This document shows positions 14,901-26,349 of a stretch of DNA of 64,000 nt, piece by piece (the stretch's first letter is position 1; each line of letters starts with the position of its first letter). The notes below the pieces were generated by a model that did no database searches, was not told the origin of the DNA, and saw only the letters and a list, made by a program, of their open reading frames with translations. The stretch is from Cycas panzhihuaensis (taxonomy: Eukaryota > Plantae > Cycadophyta). The translations under genes and the position numbers were made by a program. The stretch lies in contig CM041465.1 in NCBI GenBank assembly GCA_023213395.1, positions 224,013,741-224,077,740 of the forward strand, written 5' to 3'.

Positions 14901-15987
14901 ACCCAATTGACTAATAGATAACAAACTCATAAACAAACTAGGAATATGACTAACATCAGGGATAGTTTCAACCTTTCTATCCCCAAATCAAACCTTCATC
15001 TTTCTACAACCTACAATTTTATATGGGTAGTGATCCTTAAGAAATACCTCACCTCTATCAATCCTTGTGTATTCACAAAACTAGCCCTTATAGGGACTAA
15101 CATGAAGTGAAGCACCATAGTCAATTAACGAAGACTCAACATTTGACAACTTACCTAAGGTTGCTAAATAAACATTGCCATTAGCTTCATAGAAGGCTTT
15201 TGTTACTATGGAAGGAGTAGCATCAGGTGACTTTCCCTTGCCAGCCTTGACATGACACTAGCTCTTCATATTGCCAGCCTTTCCCCCATCTCCAACATAC
15301 CAAAGGTCCTCTACCTAGAGATTTAGATTTTCCTTTGGATTTTGGTTGTTTATTCCTAGGTCTTTGTTGGTTGTGATCCAATATTCAAACTCTCATCGCT
15401 AATGATTCTTTTGAATAATCTTCAAAAGATTTTTGCCTTGTCTCTTCTGATAGTAGAGCAGCAACAACATCATCAAATTTTAGGGTAGCAGTAGTTGTGT
15501 TACTAATCATCATCACAAGATTATCCGTGGAATTAGGAAGCAAACATAATAGGGTAATACACTTATGTTCTTTAAACATTATTACCCTAACTGAAACAAG
15601 TTGGCTCACCATGGTGTTAAATGCAATGAAATGATCTACAACTACATCTCCATCACTCATCCTAAGTGAATATAACTTTTTCTAAATAAATAGCTTGTTA
15701 ATAAGGGACTTTATCTGATACAAAGCCTCTAGCTTTCTCCACAAATCTACGACTGTAGACTCCATGGAAATATTTAATAATACCATATCTGAAAGGCATA
15801 ACCTTATCGAACTGATTACCTTTTGATCAAGCTTCTTCTAGTCTTCATCACCCATAGTCATATGCTTTATTCCTACTACAATGATCCACTAATCTTTCTC
15901 GATGAGGATATCTTCTATCTTTAGCTTCCACATCTCAAAGTTCTAGCCATTAAACTTTTCAATCTCCATCTTTGTAGTGCTTGTCAT
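12000..15987 (-). pseudogene. Copia gag-pol pseudogene of E
   Basis: ORF-track fragments 15385-15660 (gag), 13197-13406 (RT) and 12110-12337 (RNase H), with stops and frameshifts. Confidence 0.9.
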
Positions 15988-16070
15988 CTTCACACTCAAG
16001 TTCACCACATAAGGCTCCCACTTACTAAATGGATTCCCATAGAACTAAAACCCTTAGCTTTGATACCAAA

Positions 16071-16570
16071 TGAAGAGAAAATATAATCAAGAAGTAATGT
16101 GATAACAAAACTCTAAACCATATAAAGAATAAATAACATAAACAAATCAAGCACTTAACAAAGAACACCAGGAGATTTAAGTCTAAGCATAGACCTTTTA
16201 TTAATTTAAACAACAGTTAAAGAATTATAGAGATGAATAGGCCCCAACTCTTCTCCTTGACTCATCTATGACTATTTCATCATCATATTACATATACCAT
16301 TACATAAGAATATATAGAGACAACATTATAAGATAATGCCTTATGGTTTTACAATATAATGGGTATAAACCATGGGCCAAAAAAGACCCCCATAAGACAT
16401 CCAAAAAAATTTCTTAGGGGCTCCAACCCCTAAACTCCCACCTAGGGGGCCATTGGCCCCCTATACCCCCTAGTTAGGGTCCCTACAATGGACCCCCAGA
16501 CCCCACAAAAGGGCTCGAGTATAATGCCTATACCCATGTAACACTTACAAAGTGTTCAACATATCTAACA
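16071..16570 (-). repeat. 5' LTR of element E
   Basis: Adjacent to PBS; about 30 bp longer than its partner because of an extra GC hairpin unit. Confidence 0.93.
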
Positions 16571-16875
16571 ATTAGATTATCATAAGTTAATTACCTATAC
16601 ATACTTAGATTAGGTAGGATGTATAGATGATATAAAGTTTACTTCAAGATATACTTTTATTTTAGCTATAAAAATAGTTGTATGGTATTCAAAGAGGTAA
16701 TCAATAGTATCCTATTCTGTTATAGAAGTAGAGTTTAAGGAAATTATTATAAGAGCTTATAAAGTTATTTGGCTTAAAAGCTTACTTTATGACTTATAAG
16801 AAGAATAAGTTAATCCTACATATCTATTATATCGTAATCAAAGTACCATCCAAATGATTAAGAGACTAATGTTTC

Positions 16876-17549
16876 TATTAGATAATGTGACAATAATATT
16901 TTAGAGGCTAACATTTTGACAGGTTTGCAGTACGGTTTCCCCCCAAAACTTCCTCGAGCGGTTCCAAGGGGGGTGGGAGCCCCCCTTGATTGGGGGGTGT
17001 GGATGGTGCCAGAACTCCCCCCCCTCCCCCCTGCGCAAAGAAGGGGTTTAGGGGCGATAACCCCCAACCCAAAAAGCTAGCATTGAAAAGCATACTAAAT
17101 TATAAAAAGAATTGGGATCCTTCACTAAAAATACCCTAAATTCTATGGTTGAGATTTATGCCTTGTATGACTCTCTCATATAACCTAATTTAGGGTGTTT
17201 TTTAATTATGTTGATGGTGTTCAATGTATTGGATGTACTGTGAAGAGCTAGATGACTAGTTGTTGTTCTTTGTCGACGTTACGCTTTCTGATTATGTACA
17301 TTTTCTCCATTCTTTGATAATAAAGATCGATACCTTTCATGTGTGGATGTTTCCTTAGCACACAACTAGGGTTTTACCACGTTATATTAGTTGTATATAT
17401 GATGCTTTAACTTTCTTATTCATTTTATTATATTATCTTTAGTTTAAGAACTTTCATGTTAAATTTTAGTTTCAATTCTTATAACTAGTTGCAAAATAGT
17501 TTTGATCTTGGTGGCAGTTTCAGGTTATTGGGACCTTATCTTCTTAACA
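16876..17549 (+). repeat. 5' LTR of element F
   Basis: TATTAGATAAT...TTAACA; contains a GC-rich G/C-run block at ~16935-17070. Confidence 0.92.
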
Positions 17550-18391
17550 AGTAGTATTAAAGCCATTTTTATTTTTTGTAGCAAGTTTGTGAAGGTTTTG
17601 GTGTCAGCTTTTCCTATACTAAATGAAAAAACTGATGAATGCAAAGTTTGAGGTTAAGAAATTCAATGGCAAGAATAACTTCGAGTTGTGGAAGTTGAAA
17701 GTGTATGATGTTCTAGTACAACAAGGTTTGTATAGAGCTCTTGCAGGTAAATTGAAGAAATTTGCAAGGATGGATAATGGCGAATGGGATGATCTAGACA
17801 AAAAAGCTCTTAGCACAATATGATTGTGCTTGGCAGATGAAGTTCTATTTAACATTGCATGGGAGTAGACAGCAATAGGATTATGGACCCAATTAGAAGG
17901 CTTGTATATGACTAAATCAGTAATGAATCAAATCTACTTGAAGAGGAAATTATACTCATTATGAATGAAGAAAGGTACAAAAATTACTAATCATTTAAAT
18001 ATTTTCAATACTCTTATTTATCAGTTGGCTAGTATCGATGTCACAATTGAGGATGAGGACAAGTTTGTTACCTTATTATGTTCATTACTAGAATCCTATG
18101 ATACTATTGTCATCTCAATAGTTTTAGAACTACAGATGAATTAGACTATGATTCTATTGTGAGTGATTTATTAATGGAAGAAGTGATGAAACCTCCACAC
18201 CAGAAGCTATGATAGCAAGGGGTAGAACAATTGAGAGAGGACAAAGCTCTAGGGATACATCAAGGTCAAAGTAAAAACGAAAGAAGAGTAAGCTCAAATG
18301 CTAGAACTATAATAAGACAGGTCACCTCAAAAAGGATTGTTACAAAAGGAAGGAGTTCTAGAAAAAGGAAGATCCTACCAAGGAGGCTAAT

Positions 18392-21300
18392 TGTTGGAAA
18401 ATAGAACCTACAATAAGATATTGGCAAACATAACAAACACCTCCACAGGATCGAACGGTACCCTTAAGGTACCTCTATTATATTAACAAAACATCATTAC
18501 AATATAAAACATTATGTTGTGTATTTATAATACATGTCAATATAGAGAGAGTGGGATCCACTTACATATGGGATAAAAATAAATGTGCATTACTAATATT
18601 CCAATACTCCCCCTTAATGTACATTTGAGTAATTTGTATTTACAACACCTTGTCCTTAGAAATGTCTTGAAAATGATGTCTTTAACTTGATCCTTATTTT
18701 CAATCTTGTAGTGATATCTTTACTACAGAATGATGTCTTCATCTTGATTTTTGTCTTTAATTCTCTACTGATGCCTTTGTAAGGTGATATCCTTAGCTTG
18801 ATTTCTATCTTCAATCCTATAGTGATGATATTGATATAGTAGCTCTAGTAAGTGCAAATCTTGATTCTTCATTGTGGCTGGTCTAGTCTGATTTTGATGT
18901 AGATCATGTAAGTAACCATCTTTAAGTATAACTTGATTGTCATCATTATCCTATATAAATTCTTGATCACCATGTATAATAGTGATTTATTTAACCTTTA
19001 GAGCGAAATCTTGATCAACTTGCATACTCTTTATAATTGAATCAATGCTCAAAGTAGGGGCATCATTTATACTTGAATCAATACAAGATTCATCTTTTAT
19101 AAGATCATTAGATTCACATTCAATTAAAATAAGAGTGTTATCTAAATAAACCTTTATCGATTCATTACTTTCAATGTCTTTATCAGTAGTTGTAGTCTCA
19201 TCAATACATTCAACCATCGTTTCTTTACATTCAGTAGAAATTTCATTAATCTTCATACATTCTTTATCTTGACATGTTGTTTCATCAGTGTTGTTGATAT
19301 TTTCTTCATTCATTGTACCTATACCATAAATATAACTGACCTTAATTACCCTTTCAATCATTCATTATATCTCTTTAGGAGTTTGTTCAAATTCTTCACT
19401 TAGAAAATCCCAAGCTTCTTTAAAAGAACTTGCATGTAGAATCTTAGGAATGACAAAATGGTATGCAGAAGGAAGATCAACCCCGTTGAATGCAACACGA
19501 ATCATGATGAATGCCTTTCTGTCTTTCTTCTCAAGCATTTCCTTTTCTTCTTCATCCTTAGGAATATCATATCCATCAGTACAAGCTTCCACGAACCTCT
19601 AGCTATGAAAAGACATCTCATTTTAATCATTTAAAAGAAGTAGTCTTCACCATTACACTTAGGTATTAGAAGAAACAAATCCCTTAAGCAGTATTCATTT
19701 GTTTCAGGAACATACATGACCACATCATTCTCCTCCATGATTATAAATGCCATTTCCTAACACGTCCCTTTTTCAATTGACAAACTCACTTATCATTGGT
19801 AACTTGCCTATTGATCACTCTCAACAAAATTTCTCATGTCTCATATCTCTCACATCATTGACTTTATCATTCCATCATTGCCTTATGTATCTTCCATATT
19901 GTCAAACAGTCACATACAACAAGTATCTGAAATACTTATTTCACCATCAAATCAATGTCTAAGCCACATATATCTCACGAGAATCATGCACACCTCATGT
20001 CACCATTGAATCACCAAGACATTCCACACTTCAAATAATTGCCCAAAATACAACTCATGCCATAACATTACCAATGAATAAACCAAACTTGTATGCAATG
20101 ATCTATGCGACTCATCACAGTTTGTTTGCTTTCTTACATCTTAAATAGTTCTATTAAGTACCTTGATAATAGTTGGCCATAAGCATGCCCTCTTCTTATT
20201 CTTCTCTTGCTCTATCAACCATTTCCTTGATTGCCTTGACCACTCTTTGAGATTATTTTAATTAAAGATAACCAACTTTACCATGGCTTAAAAGAATAAC
20301 AAATAATGAACTCGAAACTAATCTTTTGTAAATAAATTTCTCTTGAATAGCAAACTCTTTAATCACTCAACATGCAATGGAAAACTGATCTAATTGATAA
20401 AATCAAGCCAAAGAACTACTGAAAAAGAACCACTTTGAATCACGAAAGACCTTAAGTCTAATTGTAATAAGATATTACCATACAATACTCTTCTGAAACA
20501 ATATAACCAATGTATTGAATGTCCCTCTTCTCACCAAATCAACATCTCATATAATGATCATAAAATACCTTCTTATAATGAATAATGCATTATTACACCT
20601 TCCACTCTACAACATGCATAAACCAATATATCTTAGTCCACTCACCCAATGTTAATAGATATCATAATAATTTATCACATCGATTATCTCATAAATAAAT
20701 ACTTCAAAAGACCTTAAGGAAATATAAGATGATAAACTATTCAACAATGAAGTAAAGGCCATTTTAAAAGATCACATGATAACCTTTGATTAAAGTAAGC
20801 TCAACTTAAATTATTCCAATATCATTGCCTGTGTGATGAATAACAAAGGTAGAATTTTTTATCAATGCATTTCCTATCTTCCATACTAGCGAGGATTGTG
20901 TGTTTGGAATTTTAATTATGTGACGTCTGAGTACTTCTATTTGATGCAATCACATCACGTGTGTGTTCTATCCAACCTTTACAATTGCATGTTATTCATG
21001 TGGCTTGGCTTGGTTGCTAAAATATGTGAGCCCTATCATTGCCAAGGCTATCTGTAGGCTTAATTTTATAGTGAACGGAGTAAATTAGACCATCACAAAC
21101 CAAAACAATACTTTGTCTTAGTGCTTTAACTATGTTTTCTAGAAACCCATAGTTGTTGCCAACTTTCTAACTAGCTTTGTTAGGGTTCTGAACTCTCCCA
21201 TTGGCAACTCAAAATATTATCATGCAACTCCAGATAAATAGTATTATCATTAAGTGATTGTCATCCATGCAAGGTAGATTAATGTAGGTGGCCCAATATA

Positions 21301-21766
21301 TAAATATGAAAACGAGCAACTCAAAACTATTGATCACACTGCAACTAACCTACAAGGGTTTTGCACTCTTTCATAGCTCAACTGAGGTCTGATAATATCT
21401 CCAGGGCATACAAACTTAGTGGTATCATCAAATAGGAATGGGCATCAACAACTCTACACAGCCACCTCCTCACTCATCAAAATTAGGTTTTCACCAATTA
21501 ACACCTTGCTCAAGCTCAAACACACCTTAGGTTTGATACCATATTAGAAAATAGAACTTGCAATAAGATATTGGCAAATAGAACAAACACCTCTATAGGA
21601 TTGAATGGTACTCTTAAGGTACCTCTATTATATTAACAAAACATCATTACAACATCATACAATATGATACACTATGTTGTGTATTTATAATATATGATAT
21701 GATAGTAAGAGTAGGACCCACTTACATATGGGACAAAAATAAATGTGCATTACTAATATTCTAACA
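18392..21766 (-). mobile_element. Non-autonomous gag-only LTR element H (TR-GAG-like), 3375 bp
   Basis: Short LTRs 18392-18606 and 21542-21766; perfect TSD CTAAT; PBS reverse complement GTTTGATACCA; PPT reverse complement CTCCCCCTTAAT; Copia gag N-terminus but no Copia pol. Confidence 0.92.
18987..19670 (-). pseudogene. Copia-type gag N-terminal domain followed by an acidic low-complexity tail (element H)
   Basis: IPKCNGEDYFF*MIKMRCLFIARG, then (frameshift) TDGYDIP...KKDRKAFIMI...HASSFKEAWDFL; ORF 18987-19361 is E/D/T-rich. Confidence 0.8.
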
Positions 21767-24700
21767 CTAATTAGGTGGAGTCGAATCAAGGTATGGATGA
21801 TGATGTCTTAGTTACTTGTAATATTTTCCATTATTATCATGATTGGTTATTGGATTTAGGTGCTTCATACCACGTGTCCACACAAGAGTTGGTTTTTATC
21901 ATACCAACCTCTTAATGGTGATGATGTGCTTATAGGAAATGAAGTTTTTTATAAGACAGTGGGCATTGGTAATATTAGAATTAAAATGTTCAATGGTGTA
22001 GTGAGAACATTAACTGAAGTTAGACATGTACCTAATCTGAAGAGGAATCTGATTTCCTTGGGTAACCTAAATTCTGGTGGTTATAAGTACACAGGTCATG
22101 AAGGAGTCTTAAAGGCGTTAAAGGGCACCTTGGTTATTATGAAAACTTTAAAGAAAGAAAACTTTTATATTTTAGTGGGAAGCACAGATGTCAGCCATGC
22201 AACTATAGCATCAAAGACTACAAAAGATCCAGCTCAGTTATAGCATCAGAGACTTGGGCACATGAGTGAGAGAGGACTTAAGGTATTGACGAACCGTAAG
22301 TTACTTCCTAACTTACAACTTTTAGATTTGGCTTTTTACAAATATTGTATTTTTGGAAAGCAATGTAGACTTAGGTTTAAAGTAGGGAGTCACACTAGTA
22401 AAGGTGTTTTAGATTATATACATTCAGATGTGTGGGAACTAGCCCCTATAATATCTTATAGAGGATCATTATACTTTATCACATTTATAGATGATTGCTC
22501 CAAAAAGGTGTGGGTCTATTTTTTGAAAAGGAAATATAAAGTTTTTAGTGTATTTAAGCAGTTCAAGGCTCTAATTGAGAAGAGCATTAGCAGGTCAATC
22601 AAATGTTTAAGAACTAACAATGGAGGTGAGTTCAACTCCTTAGAGTTTGAGAACTATTGTAGAGAAGATGGGATCAAAGGGCATAAGACCACTAGTTGTA
22701 CTCTTTGTAGAATGGTATAGTTAAGCACATGAATAGGACACTCTTGGAAAGAGCAAGAAGCATGTTAAGTAATGTAGGAGTGGAGTAGGACTTATGGGCA
22801 GAAGCTATTCAAATAGCTTGCTATTTGGTAAACAGGCCACCATCACTTGTAATAGACTGCAAGATTCCTTAAGAGATATGGACTGGACATCCATGTGACT
22901 ATTTAAATTTAAAAGTTTTTGGTTGTGATGCTTATGCCTTGACTAATAAAAGTCAACGTTCAAAGTTAGACCCAAAATCCAAGAGATGTATCTTTGTTAG
23001 TTATGATGATACAGATTGTGTGAAGGGATACAAGTTGTGGGATCCTACTACCCACAAAATCACTATTAATAGAGATGTTATATTTGATGAATCTCTTTTT
23101 CTAAAATTAGACATTGTAAAAGTTGAAATGAAATAGGAGCATAAAGTTGAACATCAATAGGTCAAGCTTGAGACCCATCCATCTTTGGAAATAAAAGAGT
23201 AAGAAGATCTTTCTGAAGATGAATCTACAACAGATTTACAGGAGTATGTGGACATACCTCCATCAACTATTAGAAGATCTACACGAGTTAGTTATCCACC
23301 TGACAGGTATAGCCCTTCTATTTCTATTGCTTTAGTTTCTAATGATGGTGAGACTACATGCTATCAGGAAGCAGTAGATGATATCTATACTGAGAAGTGG
23401 AAGAGGGCTATGAAGGAAGAGATAGATGCTTTGAAGAAACATAATTCATGGGACTTGGTAGAACTTCCACATAGTAGGAAGATTGTTGGTTGCAGGTAGG
23501 TTTTCAAGAAGAAACCAAATGTTGATGGAAAGGTTAATAAGTACAAGGTAAGACTGGTGGCTAAAATCTTTACACAGAAAGCAGGTATTGACTTTCATGA
23601 GATCTTTTCACTAGTTATCAAACTTGTTTCAATTTCAGTTTTGTTAGCATGGGTAGCTTCTCTTGATTTGGAGTTGGAGTAGTTAGATGTAAAATTAGCT
23701 TTTCTACATGGAGAATTAGATGAGGAGATCTATATGGATCAACCAGAAGGGTTTGTACAAGATGGTAGGAAAAGACTTATTTGTAGGCTCAGGAAATCAT
23801 TACATGGCCTGAAGCAACCACCTTGGTTATGGTACAAGAAGTTTGATACCTTCATAGAGAGCCAAATTTTCAAAATAAGTGAGTATGATCATTATGTTTA
23901 CTTTAAATTCTTAGACGATAGTTTATTTATTAACTTAGTATTATATGTTGATGACATGTTGGTTACAAGCAAGAGCATGGCAGAAATTAATAAGTTAAAG
24001 GCTCAATTGGCTAGGACTTTTGATATAAAGAATCTAGGAGCTACAAAATAAATCTTAAGTATGGAGATACATTAAGACAAAAAAAATGGTAAGCTATGGT
24101 TATCATAGGAGAAATATATAGAAAAGGTGCTAGCCAGGTTTGGTGTGGCAAATATAAAACTAGTGAGTATCATGTTGGCTTCCTATTTCAAGCGTTCTTC
24201 AAGTATGAGTTCTAGTAATAAAGAAGAAAAGGATTATATATCTTGTGTATCTTATGCTAGTGTAGTAGGAAGTTTAATGTATGCCATGGTATGTACAAGA
24301 CCTGATATTTCACATGCAATCAATGTAGTTAGTAGGTTTATGGCAAATCTAGGAAAGGAACATTAGGCAATAGTAAAATGGATGCTTTGATATTTAAGAG
24401 GTACAAGTAATTATTATATTATCTTTGGAGGTACAGGTACTCAGGTTTGTGGACATGTTGATTCAAAATTTGTAGGAGATTTAGATAAGAGAAGGTCTAT
24501 TTTAGGCTATGTATTTACTCTTACAAATAGGCCAATTAGTTGGATATCAAAATTATAGAGCACAATTGTATTATCGACTATAGAAGTTGAATATATTACT
24601 ATAGCACATGCTTGTAAAGAAGCAATCTAGTTGTAGGGTCTATTGGTTGAGCTTGGAAGGAAACAGAAAAAGGTAAAGGTATTTTATAATAGTCAAAGTA

Positions 24701-24957
24701 TCATTTACTTAGTAAAGAATCCAGCTTATCATAGTAGGACAAAGCATATTACTCATAAGTACCATTTTGTTAGACAGGTTATGGAAGCAGGTGGAGTGGC
24801 ACTTGAGAAGGTTAATACAAAATAGAATTATACTAATATGTTTACAAAAGTAATACTATTAGAGAAGTTCAAATGGTGTTTAAATTCTCTTGGCTTATAG
24901 AAAAGGTGATGAATGGTCTAGGAAAGGTATTAGGTAAATTATTGTTAAGGTGGAGAT

Positions 24958-25612
24958 TGTTAGATAATATGATAATAATATTTTGGAGGCTAAATTTTTG
25001 ACAGGTTGGCAGTACAATTTCCTCCCCAAACTTCTTTGGGGGTTTCAAGGGGGGCGGGAGCCCCCTTGGCTGGGGGTATAGGGGGAGCCAAAACTTGCCC
25101 TGTAAAGAGAGGGTTTAGGGGAGATAGTTCCTGACCCAAAAAGCTAGCACTGAAAAGCATACTAAATTATAAAGAGAATCATGGTCATTCACTAAAAATA
25201 CCCTAGATTCTATGATCAAAATTTGTGCCTTGTATGACTCTCATATATCCCGATTTAGGGTGTTTTTTCATTATGTTGATGGTGTTCAATGTATTAGATG
25301 TACTGTGAAAAGTTGGGCAGATGGTTGTTGTTGTTGTGAGTATTCCGTTATAGATTTTGTACATTTTCTCCATTCTTTAATAATAAAGATTGATACCTTT
25401 CTTATGTGGATGTTTCCCTAGAACACTACTAAGGTTTTACCATGTTATATTAGGTGTATATGTGATGCTTTGGATTTTTTATTCATTTTATTATATTATC
25501 TCTAGTTTAAAAACTTACATATTAAATTTCAGTTTCGATTCCTATAACTAGTTGCAAAATAGTTTAGATCTTGGTGGTGATTTCAGGTTATTGGGACCTT
25601 GTCTTCTCAATA
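24958..25612 (+). repeat. 3' LTR of element F
   Basis: TGTTAGATAAT...CTCAATA after PPT. Confidence 0.92.
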
Positions 25613-26349
25613 ATTTTATGGTAGGACTAAGCATATTAAAACACATTATTTTATTGGAGAGTTAATGTAGTAAGAAAAGTTATAATTGGTCTACTATAGC
25701 ATAGAGGAATAAGTGGTAGATATATACACAAAGGTATTAAGCAAGACAAAGTTCACTATATTCATAAATAAACTTGAACTTTCCCTAAATAAGTATTATA
25801 GATGAGAAATATTGGGATACTATCTGTCATAGGGTAATACCCAAATCTATATTAATAACTACTTGGTAGATTAATTTGATAGAGGAAACATATTCTTAGT
25901 AGTTAAATTTGAGGTATGTGTCAGCATCTTCACAATCTCACCTATATCTTTTATGGGGGCATTGATCCTAACATTCATCAACACCATCCTTCTTCTTAAT
26001 TATTTGGTCTCCTTTTATTTGTCGGGATAATGCCCATTATTAAAGAATGTGCAAATAGACCTTGGGCCCCCAAATGCCACCTTGAGCCACCCAGATCCAC
26101 CATGTAGCCATCAACAAGCTAACCAGGTAAGTATTAAACATTATTTTATTTATTTTTAATTATTTACTTGATATGATAGGTTGAGGCAATCCACTACCTC
26201 TCCAAACTATATAATCAAAGGGTATGTCTTCCTGGTGTTTTTTAACACCACCAGACAATATTAAAAAGCTTATTTGATTTTTCATGATGGATACATAATG
26301 TTATTTGGCATGCTCTTCTCCTCAGACTAATATTTGGTATCAAAGCAAG

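Larger units (their letters stand above)
11503..16570 (-). mobile_element. Full-length degenerate Ty1/Copia element E (Tnt1/Tork-like)
   Basis: LTRs 16071-16570 (5') and 11503-11971 (3'); TSD ATTAG; PBS reverse complement GCTTTGATACCA at 16057-16068; PPT reverse complement ATCTCCCACTTG; gag start MTSTTKMEIEKFNG; RT/RH ORFs KYKAHLVVKGYSQ and QSKHIDMQFYFVRE. Confidence 0.96.
17623..24900 (+). pseudogene. Copia gag-pol pseudogene of F (gag 17623-18391; PR-IN-RT-RH 21772-24900)
   Basis: ORF-track fragments at 17623, 21860, 22262, 22939, 23248, 23734, 24127 and 24643 all carry Tnt1-type motifs. Confidence 0.92.
16876..25612 (+). mobile_element. Full-length degenerate Ty1/Copia element F (Tnt1/Tork-like), containing H
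   Basis: LTRs 16876-17549 and 24958-25612; TSD GTTTC/ATTTT (two transitions); degenerate PBS TAGTATTAAAGCC; PPT AAGGTGGAGAT; gag AKFEVKKFNGKNNFELWKLK; LDYIHSDVW, LYVDDML, SRTKHI. Confidence 0.95.

Noticed and set aside
16858-17093. Gly/Pro-rich ORFs on the minus strand (also 11700-12058 on +)
   Set aside because: They lie within LTR GC-rich cassettes and are not preserved in the partner LTR
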